Source of the DNA: Eledone cirrhosa
Lineage: Eukaryota
Direction: 5' to 3'
Assembly: GCA_964016885.1 (NCBI GenBank)
Contig: OZ024740.1
Span: 280,860,001 to 280,924,000, forward strand
DNA length: 64,000 bases
The translations under genes were made by a program, and so were the position numbers. Below the pieces are notes generated by a model, which had not been told where the DNA came from, searched no databases, and saw nothing but the letters and a program-made list of their open reading frames with translations. This document shows, in pieces, positions 14,572 through 27,956 of the stretch. Positions within the stretch are counted from its first letter, which is position 1, and the number at the start of each line of letters is the position of its first letter.

Positions 14572-14960
14572 CAGAAATAAAAAAAACCGGTATAATCTAT
14601 GGAAGGAATATATTAGTTTAACGATTGAAATAGCAGGAAGTGGGTCTTAACGTATTGGACGCTAGTTCTTCATCAGAAGAAAGGTTGAGAAATTAGCTTA
14701 GGTGATAATTGTATTGGCTGTGTAATGTTGATGTAGCTGTTGTCATTAATAGTGTATTGTTATCACTGCTGCTACAGTTGTCAATGTAGGTGATGTGGTC
14801 AGCGTTGTTGATGTTGTTGTTGTTGTTGTTGTTTTTGTTGATGTTGATGTTGCTGTTGTCTTAACTATAGCTGTCATCACACTGTTTATACCATCCACCC
14901 TCATATTCCATTTTATTACTCCTACTATCTAATGAAATATAGCATAGACTAATGCCTGGT
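14570..14960 (-). mobile_element. PLE pLTR/3' relic with decayed HHR; related to 22300-22860
   Basis: RC ctt CTGATGA agaactagcgtcc aatacgttaaga (GAAA lost). Confidence 0.5.
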
Positions 14961-15374
14961 ACAGGTCCCACCGCATGGTTGAAAAAGATATCTCTTTGGT
15001 AATTTACGACCACAGTTCAGTGGTAGGTACATGAGACCAGATTCACTAATTGACACATAAATAACACCTCGCTCCACAAATTGCAAACACAATGGTTGAG
15101 AAGAGACTTTAGGAACTTATATGTCAGCCGAGCACACGACTAGGAGTACGTGTTTTTTTTTTTGCCTGCGCTGTGGCATATCACAAAATCAGATTTTCAT
15201 CTGAAGATATCGTTCTGATGACAACAACAAATGCATAAATTACATCTTAGATTGCATAAGAGAACCGTTGAAATGATTATTTTGAATAAATGATTTATGT
15301 AACATCACCATGTTTCTTAATGTTATTCTTATATATTTTTCGATATAACCCATACGTACATATGTATATGTATA

Positions 15375-15459
<85 letters not shown>

Positions 15460-15618
15460 ATACTTTGAGAGGGTCATGTTGCCAATAAGAAACACACGCA
15501 CCAGTTGCTTTCACTTCAATTTATTATATATTTATGAATTTATAAATTTACAAATCTACAAATTTATAAATTTCTGGTTGGTTGGTTGGTTCCACAACCA
15601 GATAGTTGTTTATATATA

Positions 15619-15661
15619 GTCATAGTCCTTTCGTCACACACTCTGTGACCTCTTCAGTGAC
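15619..15661 (-). ncRNA. Minimal type I hammerhead ribozyme (family A)
   Basis: RC gtca CTGAAGA g gtcaca gagtg tgtgac GAAA ggac TA tgac. Confidence 0.88.
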
Positions 15662-15866
15662 TGGGGATTCCTTTCTTTGTTTCTGTGCCTTTCCTTTCTT
15701 CTGTCCTACGCCATTTTGTTTCTGTGTGTGTGTTGTGTGCTCAGTTTGCGCATGCGCCACATCCGGGTGCCTGTGTGTGTTTGTGTTCATTTATCTATTT
15801 GTTTATTTATTTACATGTTATTGGTTGGTTGTTTGTTCTATGTGTGTGTGTGTTTTCATTTTGTCC

Positions 15867-17300
15867 TTAATTGTAAGTTGTGATGTTGCTGTTCCACTCA
15901 TATTTTCTATTTAATTTTGGTTGTAATTCTTTTATGTTTATTGCCTCTGTAATTTGTCTAAACATTGCATCTTTTCTGTGTGTAGATTCTATTTTTATTT
16001 CTATGTTCTCTAATTTACCCTTGTGTTCTATCTTAGCATGTTGGTAGAGTACAGATGATTCTTTATTATCTTGAAGGTCTCGCCAGTGTTCATTTATCCG
16101 TTCCCCTATACTACGAGCTGTCTCACCTATGTACACTATATTTTTGTTTCTACATTGTCCTTCAGTACATCTTATGCTATACACTACATTTCTAGTTTTA
16201 CAGTTATTATGGGGGCTTATTTTACAGGTTATACATTTCTTATCTATACATGAGGGTCTTTGGAACGGGTATGTCTTGCTAATAAGTGTTTTTACGGAGG
16301 TACCTGGTCTTTCTACTATCTTAATATTGAGTTTATGTTTATTTAGGGCCCTTCTAAATTTGTAGGCTAGTTCGCCTCTAGGGGTTGTATCGATGAACAT
16401 TACACTCTGGTATTTATTGCTATCATACCATGAGTTTATTCTATTGGCCTTGTTCCTAGTTCTTTCTATTCTATTCCAAAATTTGCTCCTATACAAGGGG
16501 CAGGTCCCATTTATGTCCTTATTTACCATTTTTTCCCATTTGGTTCTGGCTCCTCTATACACTCTGATTCTATCTCTCTGATTGTAGCCAGAGAACTGCA
16601 TACGGTGGATGAAGTGTTGTATGTGTCTCTCTAGTTCTTCGGGGTTGCACATGTGGGACACATTTCTCATCACCCGTACCAAATCCTCAATCAGTATGTT
16701 GATTTTGGTATGGTCCGAAATGGCCGAGTTTCGGTGGATCAGATGTTTGGAAGTCATGGGTTTGGCATAATGGGAATGGAGGATTTGTTTTTGGTTGTTA
16801 ATGGTATCTAACCAGAGCTCTGTGTCTAGTACAGGTAATCGATGGTTGGCGTGTCTACTTGGGTAGTCTATAGTAACTCTAATGCTCTGGTGGATGGAGT
16901 TTGCTATTTTCTGGATGCTTTCCATTGTGTTTTTCTCTAGTTCCTGACTGTTCTCTAGTGGGGGTGTCTTAACTACGATGTTTATATCATCTACGTAGCG
17001 GGAGTACATTATCATGGTTAAGCTGTCTTCTAATTGTTCTTTAAGTTTAAGTTTAAGTCTACTGTCCCACCATACCATGAATAAGTTAGCTATGTCGCCT
17101 GCAATGCTAACACCAATGGCTGCTCCTTCCTCTTGGGCATATGTTTTTCCATTAAATTTGAACATATGTTCCTTACGGGTTAATTTTATGCTGGCCCCTA
17201 TCGTATGTGCAATCATTTTCTTCAGTTCATCGTGGTTTTCGGGTGTCCGTATGGCTCTGGTCCACCCGTTCCATCTATCTGTTTGGGTTTTCTTGTCCAT
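15867..17300 (-). pseudogene. Uninterrupted 477-aa PLE ORF segment: RT C-terminal half + Cys linker + GIY-YIG endonuclease
   Basis: GAAIG, RYVDD, LPVLD, CIDKKCITC..C, NVVYSIRC..C..YIGET..R..EH, H..R..EA..LN. Confidence 0.92.
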
Positions 17301-17394
17301 TGAGGTAATGGTATGTGGTCTGCCTCTTGCTGGTCTTGTAGGGCACAGGTTGCTAAGGTCATATGTGTCTAGGTAACTATTATATATATATATA

Positions 17395-17705
17395 TTTATT
17401 AAAATAACAGATTAAAGTTTAAGCAAAGAATCGCTGCTTTCACCCTTAACGGGATCTTCTTTGGTTCATAATGTGTGATGATAGTCAAGTTTGCAATTTT
17501 CAACTGTGGTCCACAGTTGAAAATTGCAAACTTGACTGTCACCACATATTATGAACCTGAAGATTGCGAAAGCATGAAGTAATTGTTCAATTAACACTTA
17601 ACATTTAATATTCTACCATACTATTTCATTCTAATACCATTATAAAATTTAAAGGATTGTAAATAAAACGAGTAAATCAGACAAAGTTGGAATTCCTTTT
17701 ATTAA
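17395..17705. repeat. pLTR-like relic containing a ~95-bp palindrome (17463-17557); related sequence at 10705-10775 and 63672-63740
   Basis: ggttcataat..ttgcaattttcaactgtgg t ccacagttgaaaattgcaa..attatgaacc; shared gatcccgttaagg.tgaaagcagcgattctttgcttaaac. Confidence 0.7.
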
Positions 17706-17859
17706 TATATATATATATATATTAGAAAGTGAGGGTTTTTTTTAAAAATGAAAAATAACCGAGGTATCCTACACGAGTGAAAGTATAAAGAAAAAGAGAT
17801 GAAATCGAAAATGCAACTGGAGTCTTATTTTTTTTTTAAATATATATATTTATTTGGTT

Positions 17860-17897
17860 CCTTTACCGGTTTCGCAGTTCATCTGCTTTTCAAAAGG
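17860..17897 (-). ncRNA. Minimal hammerhead ribozyme, U3-A8 variant
   Basis: Exact reverse complement of 17961-17998. Confidence 0.75.
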
Positions 17898-17960
17898 TGA
17901 GTTGAGATGGAGGGTCTGTGGTTTTTCTCAGAGAAAAACCACACCCTCCATCTCAACTCA

Positions 17961-17998
17961 CCTTTTGAAAAGCAGATGAACTGCGAAACCGGTAAAGG
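17961..17998 (+). ncRNA. Minimal hammerhead ribozyme, U3-A8 variant
   Basis: cctt TTGAAAA gcag atgaa ctgc GAAA ccgg TA aagg. Confidence 0.78.
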
Positions 17999-18065
17999 AA
18001 CCAAATAAATATATATATTTAAAAAAAAAATAAGACTCCAGTTGCATTTTCGATTTCATCTCTTT

Positions 18066-18157
<92 letters not shown>

Positions 18158-18269
18158 GTGTGAGTGTGTGTATGTATGCATTCTTACACACACACACACA
18201 CACATATATATGTATAGTGCGTCCATCGCATGCCTCCCAGGACAGGTCATAGTTCGATCGCCAGTTTTT

Positions 18270-18835
18270 GTGGTATAAAATGGAGCTGGGGCAGTAATAT
18301 TCCAGCTTCACCATTCGGTAATCAGAAGAAGGGAGGTGGGTGTAAAATCCAAACTCGTTAACTTCAATTCGGTATTGATGTTAACTCTTACCTATGGTCA
18401 TGAATCTTGGTTAATGACCGAAAGAATACGAAAATGGACTTCCTACGAAAATGGAATACGAAAAGAATACGAAAATGGACTTCGCGGAACGCTACTCAGT
18501 AAAGTGCGTAACTTGAAGATTAGAGATTCACTCCAGGTAGAACCACTACTTCTCCGAATTTAGAGATCACAGCTCCGATACTACGGACATACAGTTAGAA
18601 TGTATTAGGAAATAATCGCTGGATTATGGGCAAAACCAACCGACAGGAAATCCAGGTGTAGACCCCTGGCAAGATGGGGGGGATAACATCCATGAGCTTG
18701 GCTGGTCACTGTTGGGGAACCAGCAGGATCTTTTGGAGAGGGTTGCTTCTGACAGGACCGGCTGGAAGAATTGAATGATTACTCTGAACCCTTGACGCTC
18801 CCAGGAATAAGTGTGCGAAGAACAAGAAGAACAAG
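18270..18835 (+). mobile_element. Degenerate RTE-clade LINE 3' fragment
   Basis: KL..FNSV....LTYGHESW.MTERIR; KVRN..IRDSL.VEPLLLRI..SQLRYYGH; aagaac-type tail. Confidence 0.75.
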
Positions 18836-19034
18836 TCGAAGAGATCTATGAATGTGTGTATGAGCCCATGACTCCTGGTGGAGTCATAAGTGCCCCATTG
18901 TGTCATGCAGCACTTCATCGGCATCCTCATCAGGTTTAAACAGAGGTGATCTTCTATGGAGAAGGGTTTAGAGTGATAGAGGGAAGAAGTGAGTAAATAT
19001 ATAGACGAAGAAACGACCCCAGTATAGGGATCAT

Positions 19035-19165
19035 ACATTTTATCGACCTCGAAAGGACGAAAGGCTAAGTTGATGACGGTGGGATTTGAACTCAAAGTGC
19101 AGAGAGACGGAACACAAATACTGCAAAGAAATGTATACGACGATCTAATGATTCTGCCAAAATGC
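19035..19165 (-). mobile_element. tRNA-derived SINE, partial and diverged
   Basis: RC has gagttcaaatcccacc..caacttagcctttcgtcctttcgaggtcgataaaat. Confidence 0.75.
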
Positions 19166-19216
19166 CTACACATACACTGACACAAGCAGACCCACTTCTA
19201 CCCTCATTTCCATCTC

Positions 19217-19247
<31 letters not shown>

Positions 19248-19330
19248 TACGTTGACAAATATATCAATATGCCCAGACATGCAGATATATTGCCCTTGGT
19301 ATGACAGTGTGGATTTAGCTCAATATATAT

Positions 19331-19376
<46 letters not shown>

Positions 19377-19717
19377 TATAGACATATTTATTTATTTTTA
19401 TATATATATACACACACACCCACATATATATATATATATATATTTGTTTTTTCTCATATATGTTTTCCTCTCATAATTTTTAACCCTCTCTCATTTTTTC
19501 AACTCTCATTTTGTATTTACGTATTTTTTATTTTTTGGTTTTTGATTCGTACGATAGAAGATATTATCTAATTGTTTCCTTAATTATTACGTTCTATACT
19601 TTAAATTTATATTGCCTTTTTCTTCGTTACGATACTATCGTTCAATATTGATCCCTTTTTATAATTTCTACTATAATTTACGTATTTTCCTATTTATTAT
19701 TATATATACATATATAT

Positions 19718-20252
<535 letters not shown>

Positions 20253-20436
20253 AGAACCGTTGAAATGATTATTTAAGATTAAGATCCGGATCTAGCTGTC
20301 GAAACAGCCGTAGCTCAGTCGCCGGGGTCCTGACTCTTTTCCTATTACCCACTCTACTACACTAAGTATTGAGTACGTAGGTGCGTTATGGTTCACCTGG
20401 TATCTTACCACACCCCGTTTGTTATATATATATATG

Positions 20437-20488
<52 letters not shown>

Positions 20489-20725
20489 TTTTATATGAAA
20501 TCGTGTGTCGAAACAAATATTATTATACTTGGAGAGGGTCATATTTGTGTAATATTGCCAGAATTAATAACAAAACACACTCACTATTTGGTTGGTTTTC
20601 GCTTCTCGCTTCTGTGTCTTTTATATCGGTAATCTAACTTACTCGGTCCTCAATGTTTCCATTGACTGACCGGCGGTCAAAAATAATACAGATACAATAT
20701 AGACACAAACACATATATATAGTTT

Positions 20726-20766
20726 ATCATAAATCTTTCGTTGCACATCTGCAACATCGTCAGTGC
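20726..20766 (-). ncRNA. Minimal hammerhead ribozyme (family B, inverted pLTR)
   Basis: RC ca CTGACGA t gttgca gatg tgcaac GAAA gatt TA tg. Confidence 0.72.
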
Positions 20767-21460
20767 TGTTATATTTTCCTCAAAACCTGCCCTTTCAAGA
20801 AAACCCACTGTACCAATAGGAAATGTATCATATGTAAGGTGAACCCCCGGATAAACTGTAAAACTAGAAACGTAGTCTATAGCATAAGATGTTCAGAGGG
20901 TACTTGCAGAAACATGACAACAACATACATAGGTGAGACAGCTCGTAGCATAGGTGAAATGATAGACCAACACTGGGGGGGGGGGGGGGACTAAAAGGAC
21001 GAAAAAACGGCTCAGTACTATAAGAATATGCTAGACAACAACATGACGGTAACATAGACAACATAGAAATTAGAATAATATCTAAACATAGAAATGACCC
21101 AGCAGATAGGCAAATCAGAGAGGCCAGTGAAATAGAAATTAGAAGACCAAGGCTAAACAGAAAGAATGAATGGAATAACAACAATACCCAAACAAACAAC
21201 ACTGACCTAAGAGAAGTATAAATAAGTAAATAAAATAAAATAAATAAATAAATAAATACATACACAAGCACAATAACAACAAGCACATAAACACACACTA
21301 GTCACCCATCACACAGCAAATAAAACACTACACACACACGCAAACTAATGCGCAAAGAAGACAAAATAAAATAAACAAACAAACAAATAAATAAATAAAT
21401 ATATAGACAGACTTAATAAAAATGGCGTAGACATACAATACAACAGGAGGAAAATATAGC

Positions 21461-21502
21461 ACCACTGACGATGTTGCAGATGTGCAACGAAAGATTTATG
21501 AT
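21461..21502 (+). ncRNA. Minimal hammerhead ribozyme (family B)
   Basis: ca CTGACGA t gttgca gatg tgcaac GAAA gatt TA tg; stem I is weak. Confidence 0.72.
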
Positions 21503-21714
21503 AAACTATATATATGTGTTTGTGTCTATATTGTATCTGTATTATTTTTGACCGCCGGTCAGTCAATGGCAACATTGTAAGTTAGATTACCGATATAAAA
21601 GACACAGAAGCGAGAAGCGAAAACCAACCAAACAGTGAGTGTGTTCTGTTATTAATTCTGGCAATATTACACAAATATGACCCTCCCCAAGTATAACAAT
21701 ATATATATATATAT

Positions 21715-22239
21715 TGTTATGCTTTGGGAGGGTCATGTTGCCAGTAAGAAACACACGCACCAGTTGCTTCACTTCAATTTATTATAATAAATTTATAATA
21801 AATTTATAAATTTATAAATTTCTGATTGGTTGGTTCCACAACCAGATAGTTGTTTATATATTGTCATAGTTCTTTCGTCACACACTCTGTGACCTCTTCA
21901 GTCCTACGCCATTTTGTGTCCTACGCCATTTTGTTTCTGAGAAACAAAATGGCGTAGGACAGAACAAAGGAGAGGCACAGAAACAAAGAAAGGAATCCCC
22001 AGTCACTGAAGAGGTCACAGAGTGTGTTACGAAAGAACTATGACAATATATAAACAACTATCTGGTTGCGGAACCAACCAACCAACCAGAAATTTATTAT
22101 AAATTTATTATAATAAATTGAAGTGAAAGCAACTGGTGCGTGTGTTTCTTATTGGCAACATGACCCTCCCAAAGTATAACAATATCGGTTTCAACACACG
22201 ATTTCAGATAAAGAATCCTGCTAAACAAATTCAGAAACG

Positions 22240-22245
<6 letters not shown>
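21715..22245. mobile_element. Head-to-head solo pLTR pair of family A, each with an HHR (21863-21902 minus; 22002-22044 plus)
   Basis: Palindromic junction ccattttgtttc tga gaaacaaaatgg; both arms match 10330-10630. Confidence 0.9.
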
Positions 22246-22301
<56 letters not shown>

Positions 22302-22367
22302 GCACGTAAAAGGTACAGTATATATAAGGGATATATTAGGTTAACGCTTGATATAGCAGGAATAGGG

Positions 22368-22403
22368 TCACAACGTTTCGGACGCTAGTCCTTCATCAGA
22401 AGA
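22368..22403 (-). ncRNA. Hammerhead motif with damaged stem III/I
   Basis: RC tctt CTGATGA a ggac tagc gtcc GAAA cgttg. Confidence 0.55.
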
Positions 22404-22924
22404 AATAATAAGAGATAAGATAGATTGAAGGGACGGGTAGGATGGAATTGGAAAAATGTCTTTATATAAAAATAACAGCTCCATTCATGTTGACATCTCT
22501 TGCAAAAAAGGGTAAAGAGAAGACGAGAGGGACCAGGAGGGAAGGAGAAGGAGTTAAAGAGTCAAAGGGCATGATTAGTATCGTGGATGTGGCAGGGGAG
22601 ATTGCCGACCAACGGGGCGAGGATGGTGTCTACATATTCAGAAATTATCTAGGTGGGGCAGTTGCACGCAGAAACGATAGGGCGTCGGGGATTATTTTGT
22701 TTGTGTATTTTGGGGAGGAAGTAGATGTGGGTGTGTCAGGGGTGCGTACATTAAGATTATGTATATATATAACTTGTATTAGGCTGTTTACTAATGAGTA
22801 GAACCGGTAGTGTCCGGGTTGGTAAACGATGATGCACAAAATTAATTAAAGCATTCAATGTTATGCAAATCATCCATCGTAGATGACGTATTCAGCGCAG
22901 GAACGGAGTAAAGTATTCATTAAT

Positions 22925-23250
22925 ACAACAACAGAAGGTCGGATTTGAAAATTTGCTTTAGAATTTAATTCAACGAAAGCACTATACATATTTCGATAAA
23001 CCAGCTCTATCATCCGATTATCATGCAAAACTAGGTGATTTCATCAAGTGTTATTTCCAGAATTATATTACAGGATGACGATGAAACCAAACATAGAATA
23101 GAAGATAATAGATAGGAAAAGTAGAAGATAGAAAATAGAAAAATCGTCTAGTCTTCCATGATAATCGGATGATAGAGCTATCGAAATATGTATAGTGATT
23201 TCGCGGAATTAAAATTCCAAAGTAAATTTTCTAGCCTCACATCCTGTTGT
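22925..23250. repeat. Diverged inverted repeat (22925-23035 / 23148-23250), pLTR-like relic
   Basis: cactatacatatttcgata..agctctatcatccgattatcatg versus its RC; GAAA tatgta TA motif. Confidence 0.65.
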
Positions 23251-23256
23251 TGTTTA

Positions 23257-23301
<45 letters not shown>

Positions 23302-23339
23302 TGTGTGTGTGTGTGTGTGTGTGCGTGTATGTGTGTGTG

Positions 23340-23427
<88 letters not shown>

Positions 23428-24110
23428 TATACATATATATATATATATAAATTTAGCTAGAATCGCACTTAGAAATTAGCGAAACGCAACTTCCGAATTG
23501 TGTCGGGGAGTGCTCAATGGATATGAAGATACCAGAGCAATAAACATAAGTTAAAAAGGCCATACAAAAACTGAGACGATGGTTAAGAAGCCATTAACAC
23601 CTAAGCCAAAAAAGCGAGTAAGCTAAGCGGGTCAAACAAAATAAGATATGATTGAAATAATTACCCGGATCGTCGGGAATGATGGTAAAATCTGATATAG
23701 GGTTTCTGCGACACCTGAACAAATAATACTATCTGCTCATAAAAAATAATACGGTTTTGGTATAATGATCGAACAAGGATATCACTTTCTCAACAGGCAT
23801 TTTGTTCTGCGTGCACCAAGATCTCACAGTGTTCTAAAGCACATGTGAACTCCAAAGAAAACCACTAGATTTGGCAAATGAATTCAGTATGTGTAGTCAT
23901 TGAAAAAATTTGTTTATTCCCTTTCAGAAAGTAATTAGTTGGAGTGAAATTTTAGTAAGTAAGTTAATTTTTATAATTTTCTTATTTTACGTCTTTCATA
24001 TAATTGTTCTGCATCCTCTTGCATTGAACTACAAAGTTACTAAGACAAAACGTATATATTTGCTAGCATAGGTATGCATCTGTATATATATGTTGGTAGA
24101 TATACTAATT

Positions 24111-24154
<44 letters not shown>

Positions 24155-24368
24155 GACACACACACACACAAACACACACACATATACATATATATGAAAA
24201 GAGAAGTAAGGTTCTACACAAAACAGTGGTTATCGAGAAAAGGTGAGATTGGAAATAGCACTGAAAATATATTTAAGGGTCTGTTTTTCTCAGAATCAAA
24301 GTAAAGGAAAAGAAAAAAACAGACCCTTAAATATATTTTCAGTGCTATTTCCAATCTCACCTACCCCC

Positions 24369-24440
<72 letters not shown>

Positions 24441-24447
<7 letters not shown>

Positions 24448-26412
24448 TAGGAATAACCAAAGAGTGCTTAGAAATACAGTGTTCATCGATACACCATGGC
24501 AGGAATCTTCAGAGCCTATAAACATGAGTATATCAGTAGTTGCATGCTCCATCGAGCTGCGTCACCAGAACAAGGTTAAATGACCAGCAGGGGGGTCTAG
24601 TTAACCTTAACCCTAAAGTGTGTAATAGATCTAACCTAGTATAGAGAACAATGGTAGCAACTCGTGAGGGCTAGGCGCCGCTGAATCGACCTAGCCCAAG
24701 GGGGAAGGGGAGGTTGATCGCCGAGGGATTCGAATCAAACAAAAGACTCGCCCCTAACATCCCGTTGGATATCAAATGAATCCGCCCTTTATGACGCGAA
24801 TTGCCTCCCATACCTTTCATACGTACACTACGACTTCCTGTGTTTATATTCAGAATACCGTTGTGTGTTAATGGCGAGAGACGAATCTTTGAAACTTAGA
24901 ATTAGTTGAATATGATTTGTGTTCCGGCTTTGATGAATTATAGAACCACACTCAAGGCAAAGTGCAGCACTGGATATTGAACTCCAGCCGACCCAGGAGG
25001 GGTCACACCCGACTGTGAATGGATTGCAACCTCCGGAGTCAATAATCTAAACGAAAACCACGTGGCGGATATATAAATAACATAGCTGTCATAGACATGT
25101 TTGGTTGTGAGTTGCCCCTTCTATATATATCTATATATTCTACAGAAATTTGCACTCACTATAATAAACCCGCCTATTATTATAACAATATGTTCATTCT
25201 GCCATATGTGATTCTGGAAGCGGAGTTTCCTGTATACACTTTTTCGCTATATGTAACGGGATTGCCATCACGATTTATATTTACTGTGGTACAGTTGTAT
25301 GCGGTGCGATACATTAGTTGAACGCCAACTTGGACATACAATGAATTTCACCTGGCACGTTGGATTGAGTGACCGAATGTTTTCAATTTCCTCACATCTG
25401 TGTATGCCGGCTGTATATGTGCCATACATTTCTTTAACTCGTCGTACTTTCTTTTGTTTTTTATTGTAGATTTTAGGTGTATATCCCAGACCGCCTATGA
25501 TGATAAATCCCCTGGGTATAGGTTTTGAAAAAATAGTGTTATCTCACTTAACGTTCGGAACTGGAACATATCGATGTGGTTCGTAGGGTGCGGATATGAT
25601 AAGGAGAATCGACCTGTTAAAAGGCGATGTAATTGGAGCACACTATCCCTCATATGGACTATCATACATGTAAGGCTGCATTACTGCTAACCAACTATTC
25701 TTTTCACTGACACATGCTTGCAAACTCTCTTGATCTGCCTGTACACCCTCTTTCTGCACTGCTTGTGCTTTGATGAATCTATGCTTTGCTTTGTCTTATA
25801 TATTGGGGGGGGGGGGGTCCGGGCTTTTTGTTCCTTTATTGCTTTGTATTTTTGTTTTTATCTCTTTTCTTATCCCGGTATTTTTGTACTTTTTTTAGTT
25901 ATTTTTTTCATTATTTTCTTATTGCTTCTGATCATGCTGAGTAATACCCTCTCTCATCCCTTGCTACCCTCTCCCAACCTCTTTATCATCTATTGCACCA
26001 TCTAAGTGATAAACGTTTGGTGTAATTTTTAATTTTTAATTTTTAATTTCTAATTTTTTAATTTTTAAGACATTTTATAACATTATGTGCATCATGTATT
26101 CTGTTTTTTTCCATATAGCGCTGGCCTCGGGACCCCCCTGCTGGTCATTTAACCTTGTTCTGGTGAGGCAGTTCGATGGAGCATGCAACTACTGATATAC
26201 TCATGTTTATAGGCTCTGAAGATTCCTGCCATGGTGTATGGATGAAACACTGTTAGCTAATAAAACTATGTATTTCTAAGCACTCTTTGGTTATTCCTAT
26301 AACTATAACGGCTCTGTAGTATACTAGTTATCCTACATTGAGCTAAAACCATACTGTCATACCAAGGGCAATATATCTACATATCTAGGCATATTGATAT
26401 ATTTGTCAACGA
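24441..26412 (+). mobile_element. PLE-architecture element: inverted pLTR fragment (24441-24597) + decayed body + pLTR (26131-26412)
   Basis: Near-perfect ~155-bp inverted repeat; (TA)n at both ends; the terminal 75 bp recurs inverted at 19249-19323. Confidence 0.8.
26212..26258 (+). ncRNA. Minimal type I hammerhead ribozyme
   Basis: gct CTGAAGA t tcc..gga t GAAA cactg TT agc. Confidence 0.72.
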
Positions 26413-26460
<48 letters not shown>

Positions 26461-26464
<4 letters not shown>

Positions 26465-26800
26465 GATAAGCAGAACAAGCAAAATTCAACCAATTTTTTA
26501 AAATAAATTAGCCCTAGGAAAGGAAAATGCTTCTCTGATGAACTTTGATTTTCCATTGGAAATCCATTGGATTTCTGGTGTTTTACAAAGCGAAACCGAT
26601 CGGTAAGGGCCAAAAGAATAGGTAAATATTTAAATCATATTTTTTAATTTATTTTAAAAAATTGGATGAATTTTGCTTGTTCTGCTTATCTTAATATTAT
26701 AGTTCTGGTATGTCAAATTAATACCATAGAACAACGTTAAATCATAGACAACCTATGTATTTCTAGGGGTACTTAGTACCCATGGGCATATTAACTTCTT
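26461..26800 (+). mobile_element. Inverted fragment + pLTR carrying an extended-stem-II HHR (26529-26610)
   Basis: 26461-26510 is the RC of 26645-26694; CTGATGA a ctttg...gaaatcca t tggatttc...caaag c GAAA ccgatcgg TA aggg. Confidence 0.78.
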
Positions 26801-26801
26801 C

Positions 26802-26873
<72 letters not shown>

Positions 26874-26879
<6 letters not shown>

Positions 26880-27366
26880 GGAAAAAATGAAATTTCATTT
26901 CTCACTCTTAGTACGGCTGATACTTTAATATAAGTATGTATACGTACATACATATATGTATACAGACGTACAGTAGTATGTATATACATACATACATGCA
27001 CACATATATATATGTACGTATGGGTTTACCGAACATTTATTATAATGTTCGGTTTGTTTGTAAAGAAACAGCCCGAATTATTAGCCGTACAGTGTTCGGC
27101 AACCATCGTTGCCATTTTGTTCAACACTGACAAAGGAACGATGAACTAGTTTCTAGCTTATTAGCTGTCATCAGCACCGTATACCTTCCTGTCAGTCAAT
27201 TGAACGTTTGAAAGCTAATAATTCGAGCTGTTTGTTTACAAAGAAACCGAACATTATAATAAATGTTCGGTAAACCCATACGTAGATATATATATATGTG
27301 TGCATGTATGTATGTATATACATACGACTGTACGTCTGTATACATATATGTATGTACGTATACATA

Positions 27367-27370
<4 letters not shown>
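26874..27370. mobile_element. Retrozyme-like family C, diverged subfamily, as an inverted pair
   Basis: 26874-27192 and its partial RC 27216-27370; HHR at 27139-27179. Confidence 0.85.
27139..27179 (-). ncRNA. Minimal hammerhead ribozyme (family C variant) with a compensatory stem I change
   Basis: RC cggtg CTGATGA c agct aata agct a GAAA ctag TT catcg. Confidence 0.88.
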
Positions 27371-27411
<41 letters not shown>

Positions 27412-27470
27412 ACGCGCAAAAAACGAATAGGAACACATTTATTATCCAACCATATGCAATAGTGAAAAGA

Positions 27471-27557
27471 ACCTTCTGACGAGAGTTTATCTTTTCAATG
27501 GAAGCCCGCAAGGACTTTCCATTTATTTTTGAGACTCGAAACCGATTCGGTAAAGGT
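27471..27557 (+). ncRNA. Type I hammerhead ribozyme with extended stem II
   Basis: acctt CTGACGA gagttt...agactc GAAA ccgattcgg TA aaggt. Confidence 0.92.
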
Positions 27558-27956
27558 AACCGTAGTAAGTACAGTGAATTTCTTGAAATTTATTTTGAAA
27601 CTTTTTCTTATTTGCTAAACCTTGATTATATATGTTCTGGCTCGTTAATTTATTAACCTGCCATTGAACGACATTGGCATATTGTTGGATAATACATGTG
27701 TTCCTATTCGTTTTTTTGCGTGTAGGGATATATACCTTATTATTATTAATCTCTCCCTGGTCGAGATGAAATCTGGTCATTTTGACTACTGCTATTATAG
27801 TGGTAGTAGACTGACCTCCCTGCCTCTGCTTCTATCTTTACACACGACACTGGACAGAATTGCTTCCACATCATTCATTCTCATCTCGGGAACAATTTTG
27901 AATAGCGCCAGTTCGTAATTTGAACTCGGGAATTTTATATTCTCCGAGTGAAAAGA

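Larger units (their letters stand above)
15455..17380 (-). mobile_element. Penelope-like element of the same family as 8081-10630, 5'-truncated
   Basis: Highly similar to 8670-10570 in reverse; pLTR ends in (TA)n. Confidence 0.95.
17789..18069. mobile_element. ~280-bp near-perfect palindrome of two head-to-head pLTR fragments, each with a U3-A8 HHR
   Basis: Arms 17789-17929 and 17931-18069; followed by (TA)n. Confidence 0.85.
20500..21705 (+). mobile_element. Short PLE insertion (family B): inverted pLTR + GIY-YIG fragment + pLTR
   Basis: 20520-20778 is the RC of 21450-21700; 20780-21200 encodes CTNRKCIIC..NCKTRNVVYSIRC..YIGETARSIGE. Confidence 0.9.
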
